A stretch of 63,461 nucleotides of DNA, filler included, from Octopus bimaculoides (GCF_001194135.2; 7 parts of 7 records of this genome joined end to end with filler, not necessarily neighbours in it); one strand, 5' to 3'; shown: positions 51,389-63,461, counted from the whole stretch's first letter. Program-made: numbers and translations. Notes: generated from the sequence alone by a model not told the origin.

Positions 51389-52248
51389 GAGGGCTGATCA
51401 ATAAGTATCAGGACTTCAGGACTGTTGCCATAGTAACGAAGCTAAAGCACGCAGAGTGAACCCGCTTGACAAAGATTGACCTTGAACTCTGTTGTGCATG
51501 CGCACTAAGTTTTAACGTTCTACTTCACTTCCGCTGTTTACAGCAGTGCTTGGAAAGAAGATGTGTAGCGTGTGATTGTCGCATTGATCATGACCGAGGA
51601 AGTTGTCATGGCGATACCTGCTCAGAGGCCTAAACAAAGTTGCAGAAAGTGCATGGAGAGGAGTGCATGAGCCGCGCACTAGAGTACTTGTGGTTCAGAT
51701 GTTTCCAAGATGGCCGGAAAAATGTCGATATTGACGAAGGTTCTGGGAAACCTGCAGCCAGCAGAACTGAGAAAAACATCGCAGGTCTACATGCAGCTGT
51801 GAGGGGAAATCGTCGAAGCACCATCCGTGAGTTTTCAGAGGATGTGCAGATTAGTTACGGTTCAGTCCAGTCCATTTTGTGCCAAAACTGCTTTCGGCTG
51901 ACCAAAAAGACACTCGGGTTTCAGTTGCACAAGAACTCCTTGATTGTGTCGAGAATGATGGAAACTTTTTGGAAACTTTGCGTAGGCCTCTGAGCAGGTA
52001 TTTCAAGCTTTTGGCAAAATTTGATGCAGATTCTCTCCTCAACTTTCTCAGTCATGTTCAATACCACGATTACACGATACACACCCTACTTCCAAGCACT
52101 GCTGTAAGCAGGGGAAGTGAGGTAGAACGTTGAAACTTAGTACCCATGCTCAGCAGAGTTCAAGGTCAACCTGTCCCAGCAGCTTCACTCTGCGTGCTTT
52201 AGCTTTGTTACTATGACAACAATTCGGATACTTATTGATCAGACCATG
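51388..52248 (+). mobile_element. Internally deleted mariner (Tc1/mariner) element with ~200-bp TIRs
   Basis: TA on both sides; termini CGAGGGCTGATCAATAAGTATC and GATACTTATTGATCAGACCATG. Internal remnant has mariner N-terminal motifs (WFRCFQDGR..V.DEGSGKP, RRSTIRE, PKLLSADQK); the catalytic domain is absent. Confidence 0.9.
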
Positions 52249-52291
<43 letters not shown>

Positions 52292-52391
52292 NNNNNNNNN
52301 NNNNNNNNNNNNNNNNNNNNNNNNNNNNNNNNNNNNNNNNNNNNNNNNNNNNNNNNNNNNNNNNNNNNNNNNNNNNNNNNNNNNNNNNNNN

Positions 52392-52436
<45 letters not shown>

Positions 52437-52977
52437 AATCTCAATATCTCATTTAGTGAATGACAAAAGAACAGGAGTTAATTTATTGATATTACGCCTT
52501 GTACTGGCGAGCTGGCAGAATCGTTAGCACGCCGAGTGACAGCCTAACGGCATCTCGTCCGTCTTTACGTTCTGAGTTCAAATTCCGCCGAGGTCAACTT
52601 ATCCTTTTGGGGTTGATAAAATAAGTACCAGTTGAACAGTCAGGGTCTATGTAATCGACTTACCGCATCCTCCGAAACTGCTGGAAATTAATATTACACC
52701 CAGTACTCAATTAACGTTTATACTCTAAAGGATAAGTATATGAAATTCTAACAACTGGTTATTGGTATCTGAATGCCTAAGAGAGGAAATCATTAAACGT
52801 GTAGTATTAGAGTAATGTAGCATTGTCTCATATGTGCTTTTGATTATATATTTTTCCAAATCCAAAACAATGCAACCCACTGCGTGGCACCTTGGGCAAG
52901 AATCTTCTACTATAGCTTCGGACCGATCAAAGCCTTGCGAGTGGATGTGGTAGATGGAAACTGAAAGAAGCCCATCG

Positions 52978-53011
<34 letters not shown>

Positions 53012-53168
53012 NNNNNNNNNNNNNNNNNNNNNNNNNNNNNNNNNNNNNNNNNNNNTTAATTAATTAANNNNNNNNNNNNNNNNNNNNNNNNNNNNNNNNN
53101 NNNNNNNNNNNTAGACAGACAGATAGATAGATAGATAGACATACAGACAGACAGACAGATAGACAGAG

Positions 53169-53225
<57 letters not shown>

Positions 53226-55943
53226 TGCTTCTTTATTGGCCACACAGGGCTGAACACAGGGGACAAAATACAAAGTAGAGCTTTTCTTTTTGGGAAGAGA
53301 AGAAAGAAAAATAAGAAAAAGGGTGGGCTAGAAATTCGATCAAAAAGGTTCCTAAAAAAAAAAAAATTTTTAAGGCCGATCAATAGGGATCGTGTATCAC
53401 AGAAATGTCATAGTATAAAAACGAGAAACAGATTAGGTTTATCCGTGGAAAGTAGAGCCTACGGAAAAGACCACGGTAACCTCGGGCAAAATGTCATGCA
53501 GTGACTCTCTTTTTCCCTTCTTTTTTTTTTAGTTCATAGGATTATGCTCAAGGTGGCTCTGTCATTCACATGTGCCATCCTTGCTACATTCACCCATCTT
53601 TTTTTTTTTTTGAAACATTTACTAGACAAAACTTCCCTCTCTACTCTCACTTTCCTCTTCGAGTGATACTTGAAGAAGTTGATGAGAGATTCACCAGAGA
53701 GGAAAGTGTTTGTCTCTAGACCTTTCAGACATTCTTTCGCCATAGCCACAAGTACGATGAAAATGGCTCTTCCTTCCCGTTTCAAGGAAGGAGGCGCGGC
53801 AATATTCACGATAGACTCAGCTGATAAACTGACTCGACCCACACGCGATAGCAGTCGTTCAACATAGACCCACAGGTCGGAGATGGTTGGACACTGTACG
53901 AGTGCGTGCAGAACGGTTTCGTCGCTCTGCCCGCATCTCGGACAGGTCGGCCCCGTCTTTCTCAAGCCATGCCTGTAGAGCTTATCCAGAACGGGTGGCG
54001 CTTCTCGATAGCACTGCCAGCCCTGGGATCTCTGGAAGTTGTCCATAGGTCCCGGCCCGAAGGTCGTCTTAAACAGGCGGGTCAGGTATTCCTCGTCGAC
54101 GCCCAGGTTNNNNNNNNNNGGTCGTCTTAAACAGGCGGGTCAGGTATTCCTCGTCGACGCCCAGGTTCGCCCCGAGATCGTCGTCGTACCTTCCCTCCAC
54201 TCATCCACCATAGAATGCGTTAGTTGTGATGCAGTCACTCAAGGTTGACCTGGGGTGTTGGAGTTGCCGGAGAGCAACGCGACACTCGCGGTGCCAATCG
54301 CCCTTCCTCGGCCTCTTCTTGATCCACGACTGCAGTTAGGTCATGGAGACGAGCTGCGGGAAAGTGCGCCGCACAAACGGCGACCACACCTGTTCANNNN
54401 NNNNNNCCTCGGCCTCTTCTTGATCCACGACTGCAGTTAGGTCATGGAGACGAGCTGCGGGAAAGTGCGCCGCACAAACGGCGACCACACCTGTTCACCG
54501 TTGTCTACGTAGAGCCGGAGATGTCGCAGTCTCAGCGCGTGTCTGCGCATCATTAACCACGGCATGTCCAGTCCTTCTTTTAACGGGTGTTGGCAGCAAA
54601 CGGATCGCCTGACCATCGGAACGCTTCCTTTCCACAAGAAACGGAAGAGAATGCGTCCTAGTTTGGTGATGGTAGGATCAGAACAAGGCACGACGGCTAG
54701 ATGGTACTAGATGACGGACGCGATGTACATGTCACCACCTCCGCCCGACCTTTTAGGGACAGCTTCCTCTCGGCCCATTGCAGGCGTGAGTGACCACCCT
54801 ACTCGTTATCTCGTTCCACTTCTTCTCCGTTTGGGGGTCCAGACGAAACCAGACTCCGAGCAACTCCACCGGACCGTCAGTCCAGCGTCTCACGACGGAG
54901 GCGCTGGTTGACGGCATGGGCTTGCTTCTCCAGGTGCCGAGCCGCAAGCCCACTGACTTTTCCCGGTTGAAGTCTTTCAGTGTATCGCCGACGAGCTCGA
55001 TGTGTTTCTAGCAAGATACTATGACGGTGACATCGTCCGCGTATGCAGACACGCTTGTCCTGGATCCCAATTCTCGCGGGATGCCCTTCAGCGTCGCCCA
55101 GCTTCTGCAGTAGTGGCTCGAGAGTGAATACGTATAGAAGCCACGGAGGAAGCATCCCTCACAGACCGAACTTTCAATGTCATAAGGTCTCGATAGATGT
55201 CCATTTACGCGAATTACCGAACGGATGCCTCTGTACAAAGCAACTATCCAGCAGCGGAACACGGGACGAAAAGCAGCCGCTATGAGGACAGTCTCCAAGT
55301 ATCAATGGTCTACCCTATCGAATGCTTTGGATTGATCCAAATTGATCAAGGCCCCACCCATGCCAGGTTCCTTAACAACCCAGTCTATGATGTAGCGCAT
55401 CAGATCAAGGTTGTCATGGATGCTCCGGCACGACACGGAGCACGTTTGCACCTTGTCGACAAGTTTCTCGATGACAAGCGCCAACATCTTGGCTAACACC
55501 TTGGCCAAAATTTTCAAGTCTGCATTGAGTAGAGTGATGGGCCTAAAGTTATCTATTACGTCCCCCTTATTTGGATGCTTCCGTTTTGGTGCCATTTGCA
55601 GTACACAGTTGCCAAGACGACTCCAAATGTTAAGCGCGTGCGTAGACCTTCCAAACCGGGCGATTTGTCCCACGAGCATTCTGCCATCGTATCCTGCACT
55701 TCCGCCGCTGTGAGGGCACCTTCGCAGCACCTTGTCTCTCATGTGGAGAGTCGTGGCAGGCTGTGCAGATAGGCACTAAGGTCTACCCTGCGTTCTCGCT
55801 CGCCACTCGTCATGAACAGTCGGGCAAAATGCTGTTGAAAGGCCTCACACATTTTACTTGGCTCGCGTAATTCGCGCCCCTGTTCATCTACCAGAGACCG
55901 AATGGTGGCTTTGTTGCCCTGTTGCACCTCCTCACCCAGGCAG
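53226..55943 (-). mobile_element. 5'-truncated Tx1-clade (L1 group) non-LTR retrotransposon, ORF2 pseudogene plus 3' UTR
   Basis: RT motifs FRPITLLNADLKILAKVL, NLDQSKAFDRVDH and SAYADDVTVIV; C-terminal CPRCGQSDETVLHALVQC zinc finger; frameshifts and stops; 3' end AATAAAGAAGC directly followed by (TATC)n. Confidence 0.85.
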
Positions 55944-56071
55944 ATATATATANNNNNNNNNNNNNNNNNNNNNNNNNNNNNNNNNNNNNNNNNNNNTTAA
56001 TTAATTAANNNNNNNNNNNNNNNNNNNNNNNNNNNNNNNNNNNNNNNNNNNNATATATATATATATATATA

Positions 56072-56626
56072 ATTGTCAATAAATGTGACTAGGATGTTAA
56101 GAAACACCTACATTGCTAGAAATATGACCTAAAATGCTCTAATGCTGTAGTTAACATACATGAATGAAAGCACATACACTAACAGGGACCTGAATTGTTT
56201 GAAAAGTACCGATCGAGAATTCTCAGTTTCGGCAACTTCTGTTTCCTCATCAGTTAAACCCGCTCGACCTCGACTATTTTCAGCCTAGCTTCTGTAGTAG
56301 TATATATGTTTACGTCATGGAAATTAATGGATGATTTAACGATTCGCTAATGTGCATGTATAAATTTAATATAAACAGCAGGTTGTATCTTTGCTAATAG
56401 AGAAGCTAGTCCTCAAAGAACCGAGATCGAGCGGACTTAACTGATGACGCCACGGAAATATACTGACATCAATATTGAAAATTCTCGATCGGCACTTTCG
56501 GACAATCCAGGACTCTGTTAGTGTATGTTTTCATTCACGTGCACGAATAACAGCATTAGACCATTTTAGCTCTTATTTCAAACAATGTGGGTACTTCTTA
56601 ACATTCTAGTTACATTTAGTAAGAAT
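56072..56626. repeat. Long foldback element (~230-bp arms, ~95-bp spacer)
   Basis: 56072-56300 aligns by eye to the reverse complement of 56394-56626 along its whole length (for example CATACACTAACAG, CCGATCGAGAATT, TCATCAGTTAA, CTAGCTTCT). Confidence 0.85.
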
Positions 56627-56664
56627 TATAATTCTCCTTTTCGGTGAAATATTGCAACCTGTTT

Positions 56665-56714
<50 letters not shown>

Positions 56715-58448
56715 NNNNNNNNNNNNNNNNNNNNNNNNNNNNNNNNNNNNNNNNNNNNNNNNNNNNNNNNNNNNNNNNNNNNNNNNNNNNNNNNNNNNNN
56801 NNNNNNNNNNNNNNNNNNNNNNNNNNNNNNNNNNNNNNNNNNNNNNNNNNNNNNNNNNNNNNNNNNNNNNNNNNNNNNNNNNNNNNNNNNNNNNNNNNNN
56901 NNNNNNNNNNNNNNNNNNNNNNNNNNNNNNNNNNNNNNNNNNNNNNNNNNNNNNNNNNNNNNNNNNNNNNNNNNNNNNNNNNNNNNNNNNNNNNNNNNNN
57001 NNNNNNNNNNNNNNNNNNNNNNNNNNNNNNNNNNNNNNNNNNNNNNNNNNNNNNNNNNNNNNNNNNNNNNNNNNNNNNNNNNNNNNNNNNNNNNNNNNNN
57101 NNNNNNNNNNNNNATATATATATATATATACACACATATATATAAGTGACAAACTAAGTTGGGTTCAATTAATTGCATACGTAACCTGAATATCCTTCTG
57201 TCAGCACTTCTTAACCGATGGTATTCGTCTATAATTACTGTGTAAGCATTTTATTCTGACCTAACCCGGTGCCTTATCTTTAAGTACATTATTCAAATGA
57301 ATCTCTATACATATATGTGCGTGTGTGTGTGTGTGTTTGTATGTGTATATGTGCATGTATGTGAGTGTGTTTGTCTGCGCACTCATTCGCAGAGCATGTG
57401 TAATGAAAATGTGTAAAGGGAAATATATGCGGTGTTATTGACACAGTTTGTTTATGCATATTTTTGTGTTTGTGCTTGCGGTGTTACTTCACACTACGGG
57501 TCCGGCGCTTCATCACATCACAAAGATTAACGCCTCATCTTTTGTCTCAGATATTCCTTTCCTTGGGAGACGTTTAACACTGTGCGATCACATTTACATA
57601 ACTGCTCTCTCACACTACAATCTACTCATCCACACTATACAGCCACCATGATATCACGCCTTCCTCTCAAACGGTATACACTAATACACATGAGCTAGAA
57701 ATCACGCTCATACACACAGGCATAATTACTAACTGTATGCAAGCACTTGCGTATTCATAATGTTATACTCACACATATATGCAATTACACAGACTCCTTC
57801 ATAGATGACTTAGCATACCCATAGAAGAAAGAATAAATCATACAGACATAAATATATATATACTATATATAACTGCACGTGTTATATATGCACTGGCGAA
57901 TATAAATTATTTCAAGGACATACATAAGGTATTACTTTTAAATAGTATAAAGATGTGTGTAGCGATAAGTATATGCTACCTTACTTGTTCCAGCCTTTCT
58001 TTTCTCTGCGCTCACTTTATCACTCTCCTTTCCACATTCTCTCTCTTCGGTCTTCTCTGTGGTATCTTTCTAGTTTGGCATGCTCACTCCCTATGCACTC
58101 TCACAATCACCCAAGTTTTCGTGTCATTACTGGTCCTAAAATATCACTGTTTGTCGTCCTTTTTATCCTATATCTGTAAAGTAAACATAAAACATTTTCT
58201 ATCGTTCTTAGTTTTTTTTTCTCGCCTCCTTTTAATATATTTACCTTTATTTGATGAGAAACAGCAACCGAAAGATTAAATCCTCGTCTAACTTCATGCA
58301 TTGAATATCTGTTTTATTCTTACGTTATAATCTATATCGTTTCTCTCATGGGTTTTGAACACCCACGCCTCTCTTCCTTCGTGTCTCTCGCTCTTTCTCT
58401 CCCTCTAACTTTCTCTATTCCTATATATATGTAATGTATGAATGTATG

Positions 58449-58497
<49 letters not shown>

Positions 58498-58498
58498 G

Positions 58499-58531
<33 letters not shown>

Positions 58532-61258
58532 GTATTTATTTATATATATGTATAAATATATATATATATATATATATACTCTTTCATTCTCTTTCACTTG
58601 TTTCAGTCATTTGATTGCGGCCATGCTGGAGCACCGCCTTTAGTCGAGCAAATCAACCCCGGAACTTATTCTTTGTAAGCCTAGTACTTATTCTATCGGT
58701 CTCTTTTTGACGAACCGCTAAGTTACGGGGACATAAACACACCAGCATCGGTTNNNNNNNNNNNNNNNNNNNNNNNNNNNNNNNNNNNNNNNNNNNNTTA
58801 ATTAATTAANNNNNNNNNNNNNNNNNNNNNNNNNNNNNNNNNNNNNNNNNNNNTACAAACAAACAAACACTACTGAAAACAATACCTCTGCCTTCGCTAA
58901 GGCGGAGGTAATAATAACAACAACAACAACTGTTTTTAATTTGCTATTAAGGAATATTTATACAACAATGTAATGCGCTTAAGGATTACAAAAAATGTGT
59001 GGGTTTTTGATATACTTTAACGTCATTATAGAACACACGAAAGGTGAGAACAAAAGACGAGTTAAACATTGCCAAAAAAGTATGCAATGTTTAAAGACGA
59101 TAAAGGAATATAATATGAAAACGCACGATAAGGGAAACAAGATACAAGTTTTAATGAGAGCGAACATCTACACTTCAATGGGAGGCGCGTCCTCTTCAAA
59201 TTTTGCATGTACTGTTTAAGGTTGGTAACCTAGGAACGGTCTTTGATTTCTTGGAATAGGCAAGAAAGGGCCCATGCCCTGCTGTTTGTCGATGTGCAGC
59301 ACAGCGTTAAGGGTATTCGATTCATGAATGTTAGGTCTTGAGTTCAATTTTTTTAAACTCTCCTAAAACGTTCATCATCGTCCATTTCCTTTGGAACTTT
59401 CTGTTGTTGCTTTTCGTCTCAGCACTGTCTTTGCTTTAGTTTATTGTCGGACGAAGGAGTCACTCGGTTTCCTGGTCAACTTCTGGAACTGGGAACGAAG
59501 CGATTTCTTCCAATAACTCCGATTTTGTGTGTAACATTGCTTCAGTAGAACCAGACCCCATGATCTGCCACTATTACTGCTTCTTTTCATCTCTTGCGGG
59601 TACACGGCCCTTAAATGATTTGCTGCTATAAATAGGAGCAGTAGCTGAGCTATTTTCTCTCAACGATCGTAAGAGCCTTTCTTTTTGCTATTTATTACAA
59701 AGCACAACGCTGTGATCGTTGTGTACACTTGTTTGCACCTTTCGCCGTTTCCTCTGGTCTCTTGAGAACAACAACGCTTGTGACAAGCTGTCAGTGGTAT
59801 TTCTGAACAACACAACACCCCCTGTTATCTGTTGTCCTTCACGTCTCTTGAGAACAACACCTGTTTATGACCTGTTGTCGAGGATGTCTCTTGAGGACAG
59901 CACTTCTTGTCACCTGTTGTCGGTGATGTCTCTGCTACTTTTTATTTGTAAGAAAGCCCTTAAGTGTTCCTTACTGCCACACATACATTAGCCGGAGTTT
60001 TATGTCCAACAATAATGCTAATATATGAAAGAAAGGTTTTGAAGGGTTTCCCTCGTATAACACTCTCGGTAATAATAGCATTTTGAAACATTTCTTTAAA
60101 AATGGGGTAATTTTGAGTAAAAAGAAAATGTTCTTTCTCCATCTTAAGTATAAAGACATGGTGAATGAAGGTTGTCAGGCCTCAACATCAAACCACTGTC
60201 ATAAAGAAATAAAATGAAAGAATGAAATATAAAAATAAATAAATGACAACACAACTCTCTGTTGAAAACAAACTCAAATACTTTAACACACAAACAAGAC
60301 AGTCCAGGATGAAAAACGTGTTTGCCTGGGATGATTTTCATTGTTGCAACTTCTAATTAACTCACCTGCCAGTGTAACATTGTCTGATTTTGTATTGTTT
60401 AGCTTTCTTAATGACACTATAGTTGTATTATATATATATATTATTATATTTTGATACATAGTAATTTAGAAATGCAAAAGGTTAGGTAGAAGGCAGAGCA
60501 AATATGTCAGTAAAAGTTCATCTCCATACAAAATAGTCACGACGTTCTCTTGTTATGTAACAGGGAGCCCTCTGTTCCGTTTTTCATTTATCTTTCAAGA
60601 AGGATGGTTGTCGACTGGAAAGAAGGTGTTTAATCGTCGGACAAAATGCTGTTCTTGGATTCCTTTATGTTCTGAGTTCCAATCCCAACGGGCGCAGGCG
60701 GCGTCCTATTCATCATTAAGTAAGGCAACAAGCAGGCAGAATCGTTAGCACGCTGGGCAAAACGTTTAGTGGCATCTCGTCTGCCTTTACGTCCCGAGTT
60801 CAAATTCCGCTGAGGTCGATTTTGCCTTTCATTCTCTTGGGGCTGATGAAATAAATACTTGCTCCCTGTCACCGAAATATAAGGTCAGCAGACCTTATGC
60901 CAAAATTTGAAACCAATATTCATCGTCGTCATCGTCAACCGCCGGGCATTATTGCCATGAGTCGTAGGACCCAGTGAGACCGGTTACCCGGTTTCCATGA
61001 CGTATGAGTGACCGAGAAGGCAGCACGCTTCGTGAATGAGTTACCTGGCTCTCGCAACGCTATTCATTTATCACATATCAGAGTGGACTGGAGCAGCGTG
61101 AAGTGTTTTGCTCACGAATACAAAGACATCATCCGTTCCGACAATGGAAACCACCATCTTGCGACCGTGAGTCACAAATCCAAATGCCTCCATTCAACAA
61201 ATACTGAATTCAAATTTTAGCACAAGACCAGCAATGGTGGTGGTGGTGGTGTTGGTGC

Positions 61259-61296
<38 letters not shown>

Positions 61297-61504
61297 ACAG
61301 CAGTAGCAACAGTATCAACCGCCACAATGCCAATTGAAGTTCGGGGTCTCACATGATCCGGAGAGCTTTCAAGATTTAAAGAGGTCAACGTTGTGTCAGT
61401 CAGTCAAGAACTGAGAATGTTGTTGGATAAATAAAAAAGAAAGAAAAAAAAAAGAAAAAAAGGTTCTCCTTCTCCACTGTCAACTTATTGTAAAGACTGG
61501 TACA

Positions 61505-61825
61505 GCTGTTGTTGATTACGATGATGATAATGATGGTGATGGTGATGATACTGTCACCATCATCGTCGGCGTCGTCACCACCACCACCAAGACCACCACC
61601 ACCACCACCTCCACCACAATCATCATCATTGTCATTATATTCTAGTTTTGTTGCCCCTTTGCGCTCCTCGTCCTCCTCTTCCTATCATCACCATCATAAC
61701 CACCATTATTTACATCAACTTCACCAAAAGACCTACTATCACTACTACTACTTATACACCTGCTACTACTTCTACTTCTACTACTACTACTACTACTACT
61801 AATATTACTACTACTACTACTACCA
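61505..61825. repeat. Cryptic compound trinucleotide tract (GAT/CAC/CAT/TAC)
   Basis: Directly visible low-complexity tract. Confidence 0.85.
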
Positions 61826-62319
61826 ACACTGTCACCATCCCCGCCCGCCCTTTCATTATCGCCGCCACCTCTGCCACCGTTAAAAGTAAGGCCTCCTAAC
61901 ACCTGCACTGACAACAATGCAAATTTAATCGCGCCTCCGTCAGATGATAGCGTGCTGACAAGAACGGTGTGGATTAAGTGTTTGTGTATGGGTATGCGCG
62001 TCCCCCCCCACATGCACACAGGTACATAAACACAGACATATATTTCTATATNNNNNNNNNNNNNNNNNNNNNNNNNNNNNNNNNNNNNNNNNNNNTTAAT
62101 TAATTAANNNNNNNNNNNNNNNNNNNNNNNNNNNNNNNNNNNNNNNNNNNNATATATATGTCTTTGTATATATACGTATATATATATAACTGGGATATGT
62201 ATTTTACTTATATTTACTGCTATCTAATTGCTGAATATTTATAACCAAATTCTTTTAATACTGATTGCTTCATGGATATCTGCCAGGATTTTTTAATTCC
62301 AATTTTTCTTCTCACGAAC

Positions 62320-62370
<51 letters not shown>

Positions 62371-62639
62371 GTCATTAGCCAGCTAGAAGAGATGTTTTCC
62401 TGGGGCTATAAACGTCAGTATCACTGCGCCGTATAAGACGCCACACTTGGTTGGGAATTAGATGTTACGATTTATATCTCGCTCAGAGATTTAATATAGT
62501 ATATATATATACAAAGCTTACAAAGAATAAGTCCTGTGGTCGATTTCTTCGACTATAACCCTTTAAGGTGGTGCCCCATCCTGGTCGCAGTCAAATGACT
62601 AAAATAAGTAAAAGAATAAAAGAATATACATATATATAC

Positions 62640-62825
62640 AAGTCCAGTGGATGGGACGCCAGTCTCTCACAGAATTACTCACTTTTGCTAGCTGAGTGGA
62701 CTGTAGCAACGTGAAATAAAATGCTTTGTTCGAGATTACAACGCGTGTTTTCCGATCCAGGATTTGAAACCCCCTAATCTTACAATCACGTGTCCAACAC
62801 CCTAACGACTTGAGCACACGCCTCC
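62640..62825 (-). mobile_element. SINE family C (CORE/V-like central domain)
   Basis: Reverse complement gives a tRNA-like head followed by CACTTTATTTCACGTTGCT.CAGTCCACTCAGCT; related copies near 44300-44425(-) and 61070-61190(-). Confidence 0.6.
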
Positions 62826-63420
62826 AATTTTGGATCACTTATACACCACTGAGTGTTGGTAACCAGCGCTATGAGGTCTCGGATTTGAGATACTGCTTTA
62901 CTTACATTGTTGAAAATTCTCCACCTTTTATTTTGGTATTATTTGGCAATTAAACAGAAATGAGAAATTTGGAACTAACGAAAACGTTAAACTACAGACA
63001 ATATCTACCGTTTGCATTATACCGCGTAAATTAATCTTGGCAACCTTCCTTTGGAAGTGAACAAAATGAATTTTCAGAAGAGGGGTAGGCATCACTGTAT
63101 GGTAAAAAACTTGCATTGCAACCACGTGGTTTTGGCTTCCGTCCCATGGTACAGCAACTTATGCAAGTAACTACTGCTCTTAGCCGGGGACGACAAATGC
63201 TCTGGCAGTGATTGTGGTAGACAGAAAGTGTTTGGAAGCTTGTTGACTATATATGTATGTGTATGTGTGTGTGTCCCTGTGCGTGTGTCTGTCCCAATAA
63301 CTAGCAGTATTGATATGTCCGTCGTTAGCGTCGCGTCACAGGTTCGCGTCCATGTACGTTAGTGTATCAGGTATTCATCAAATATACATGAGCAAATGAA
63401 GAGCAAACATTTTGACCAAC

Positions 63421-63461
<41 letters not shown>

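Noticed and set aside
54058-54496. Direct duplications of ~50 bp and ~30 bp within the LINE (54058-54108 versus 54120-54167; 54308-54337 versus 54408-54437, with the following ~60 bp repeated to 54496)
   Set aside because: Each pair straddles a 10-N gap and is near-identical, as expected for overlapping contig ends that were not merged.
24942-57189. Long ORFs of 100-300 aa dominated by X (for example 38262..39173, 56616..57152, 30305..30874)
   Set aside because: They are open only because N runs contain no stop codons.

Overview
AT-rich, microsatellite- and SINE-dense eukaryotic genomic DNA from a gapped draft assembly. The repeat families and tRNA-derived SINEs suggest an octopus (coleoid cephalopod) genome; this is inference, not a database result. 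Two intron-rich protein-coding genes can be rebuilt on the + strand from phase-compatible GT-AG exons. (1) 4145-29033: ten exons encoding about 395 aa of a coiled-coil protein resembling the EVC2/limbin family; the 5' end is not identified and the 3' end is ambiguous. (2) 40206-45901: eight exons of a PLP-dependent low-specificity L-threonine aldolase family gene (THA1/GLY1/ltaE). It keeps the PLP-binding core but shows an in-frame loop deletion and several active-site substitutions, and its last exon is not visible. The rest is transposon-derived: a complete but decayed Chapaev3-type (CMC) transposon with TTA duplication, a mariner derivative with ~200-bp TIRs, a 5'-truncated Tx1-clade LINE abutting (GATA)n, a CR1 3' fragment, hAT and Kolobok-like MITEs and three SINE families. 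The most interesting observations are three unrelated foldback hairpins that each carry outward-facing Penelope-type hammerhead ribozyme cores, the remodelled aldolase active site, and a SINE whose 3' tail matches the Tx1 LINE in the same window. Most ORFs in the supplied track are artefacts of N gaps or microsatellites. No CRISPR array, rRNA gene or genuine tRNA gene is supported.
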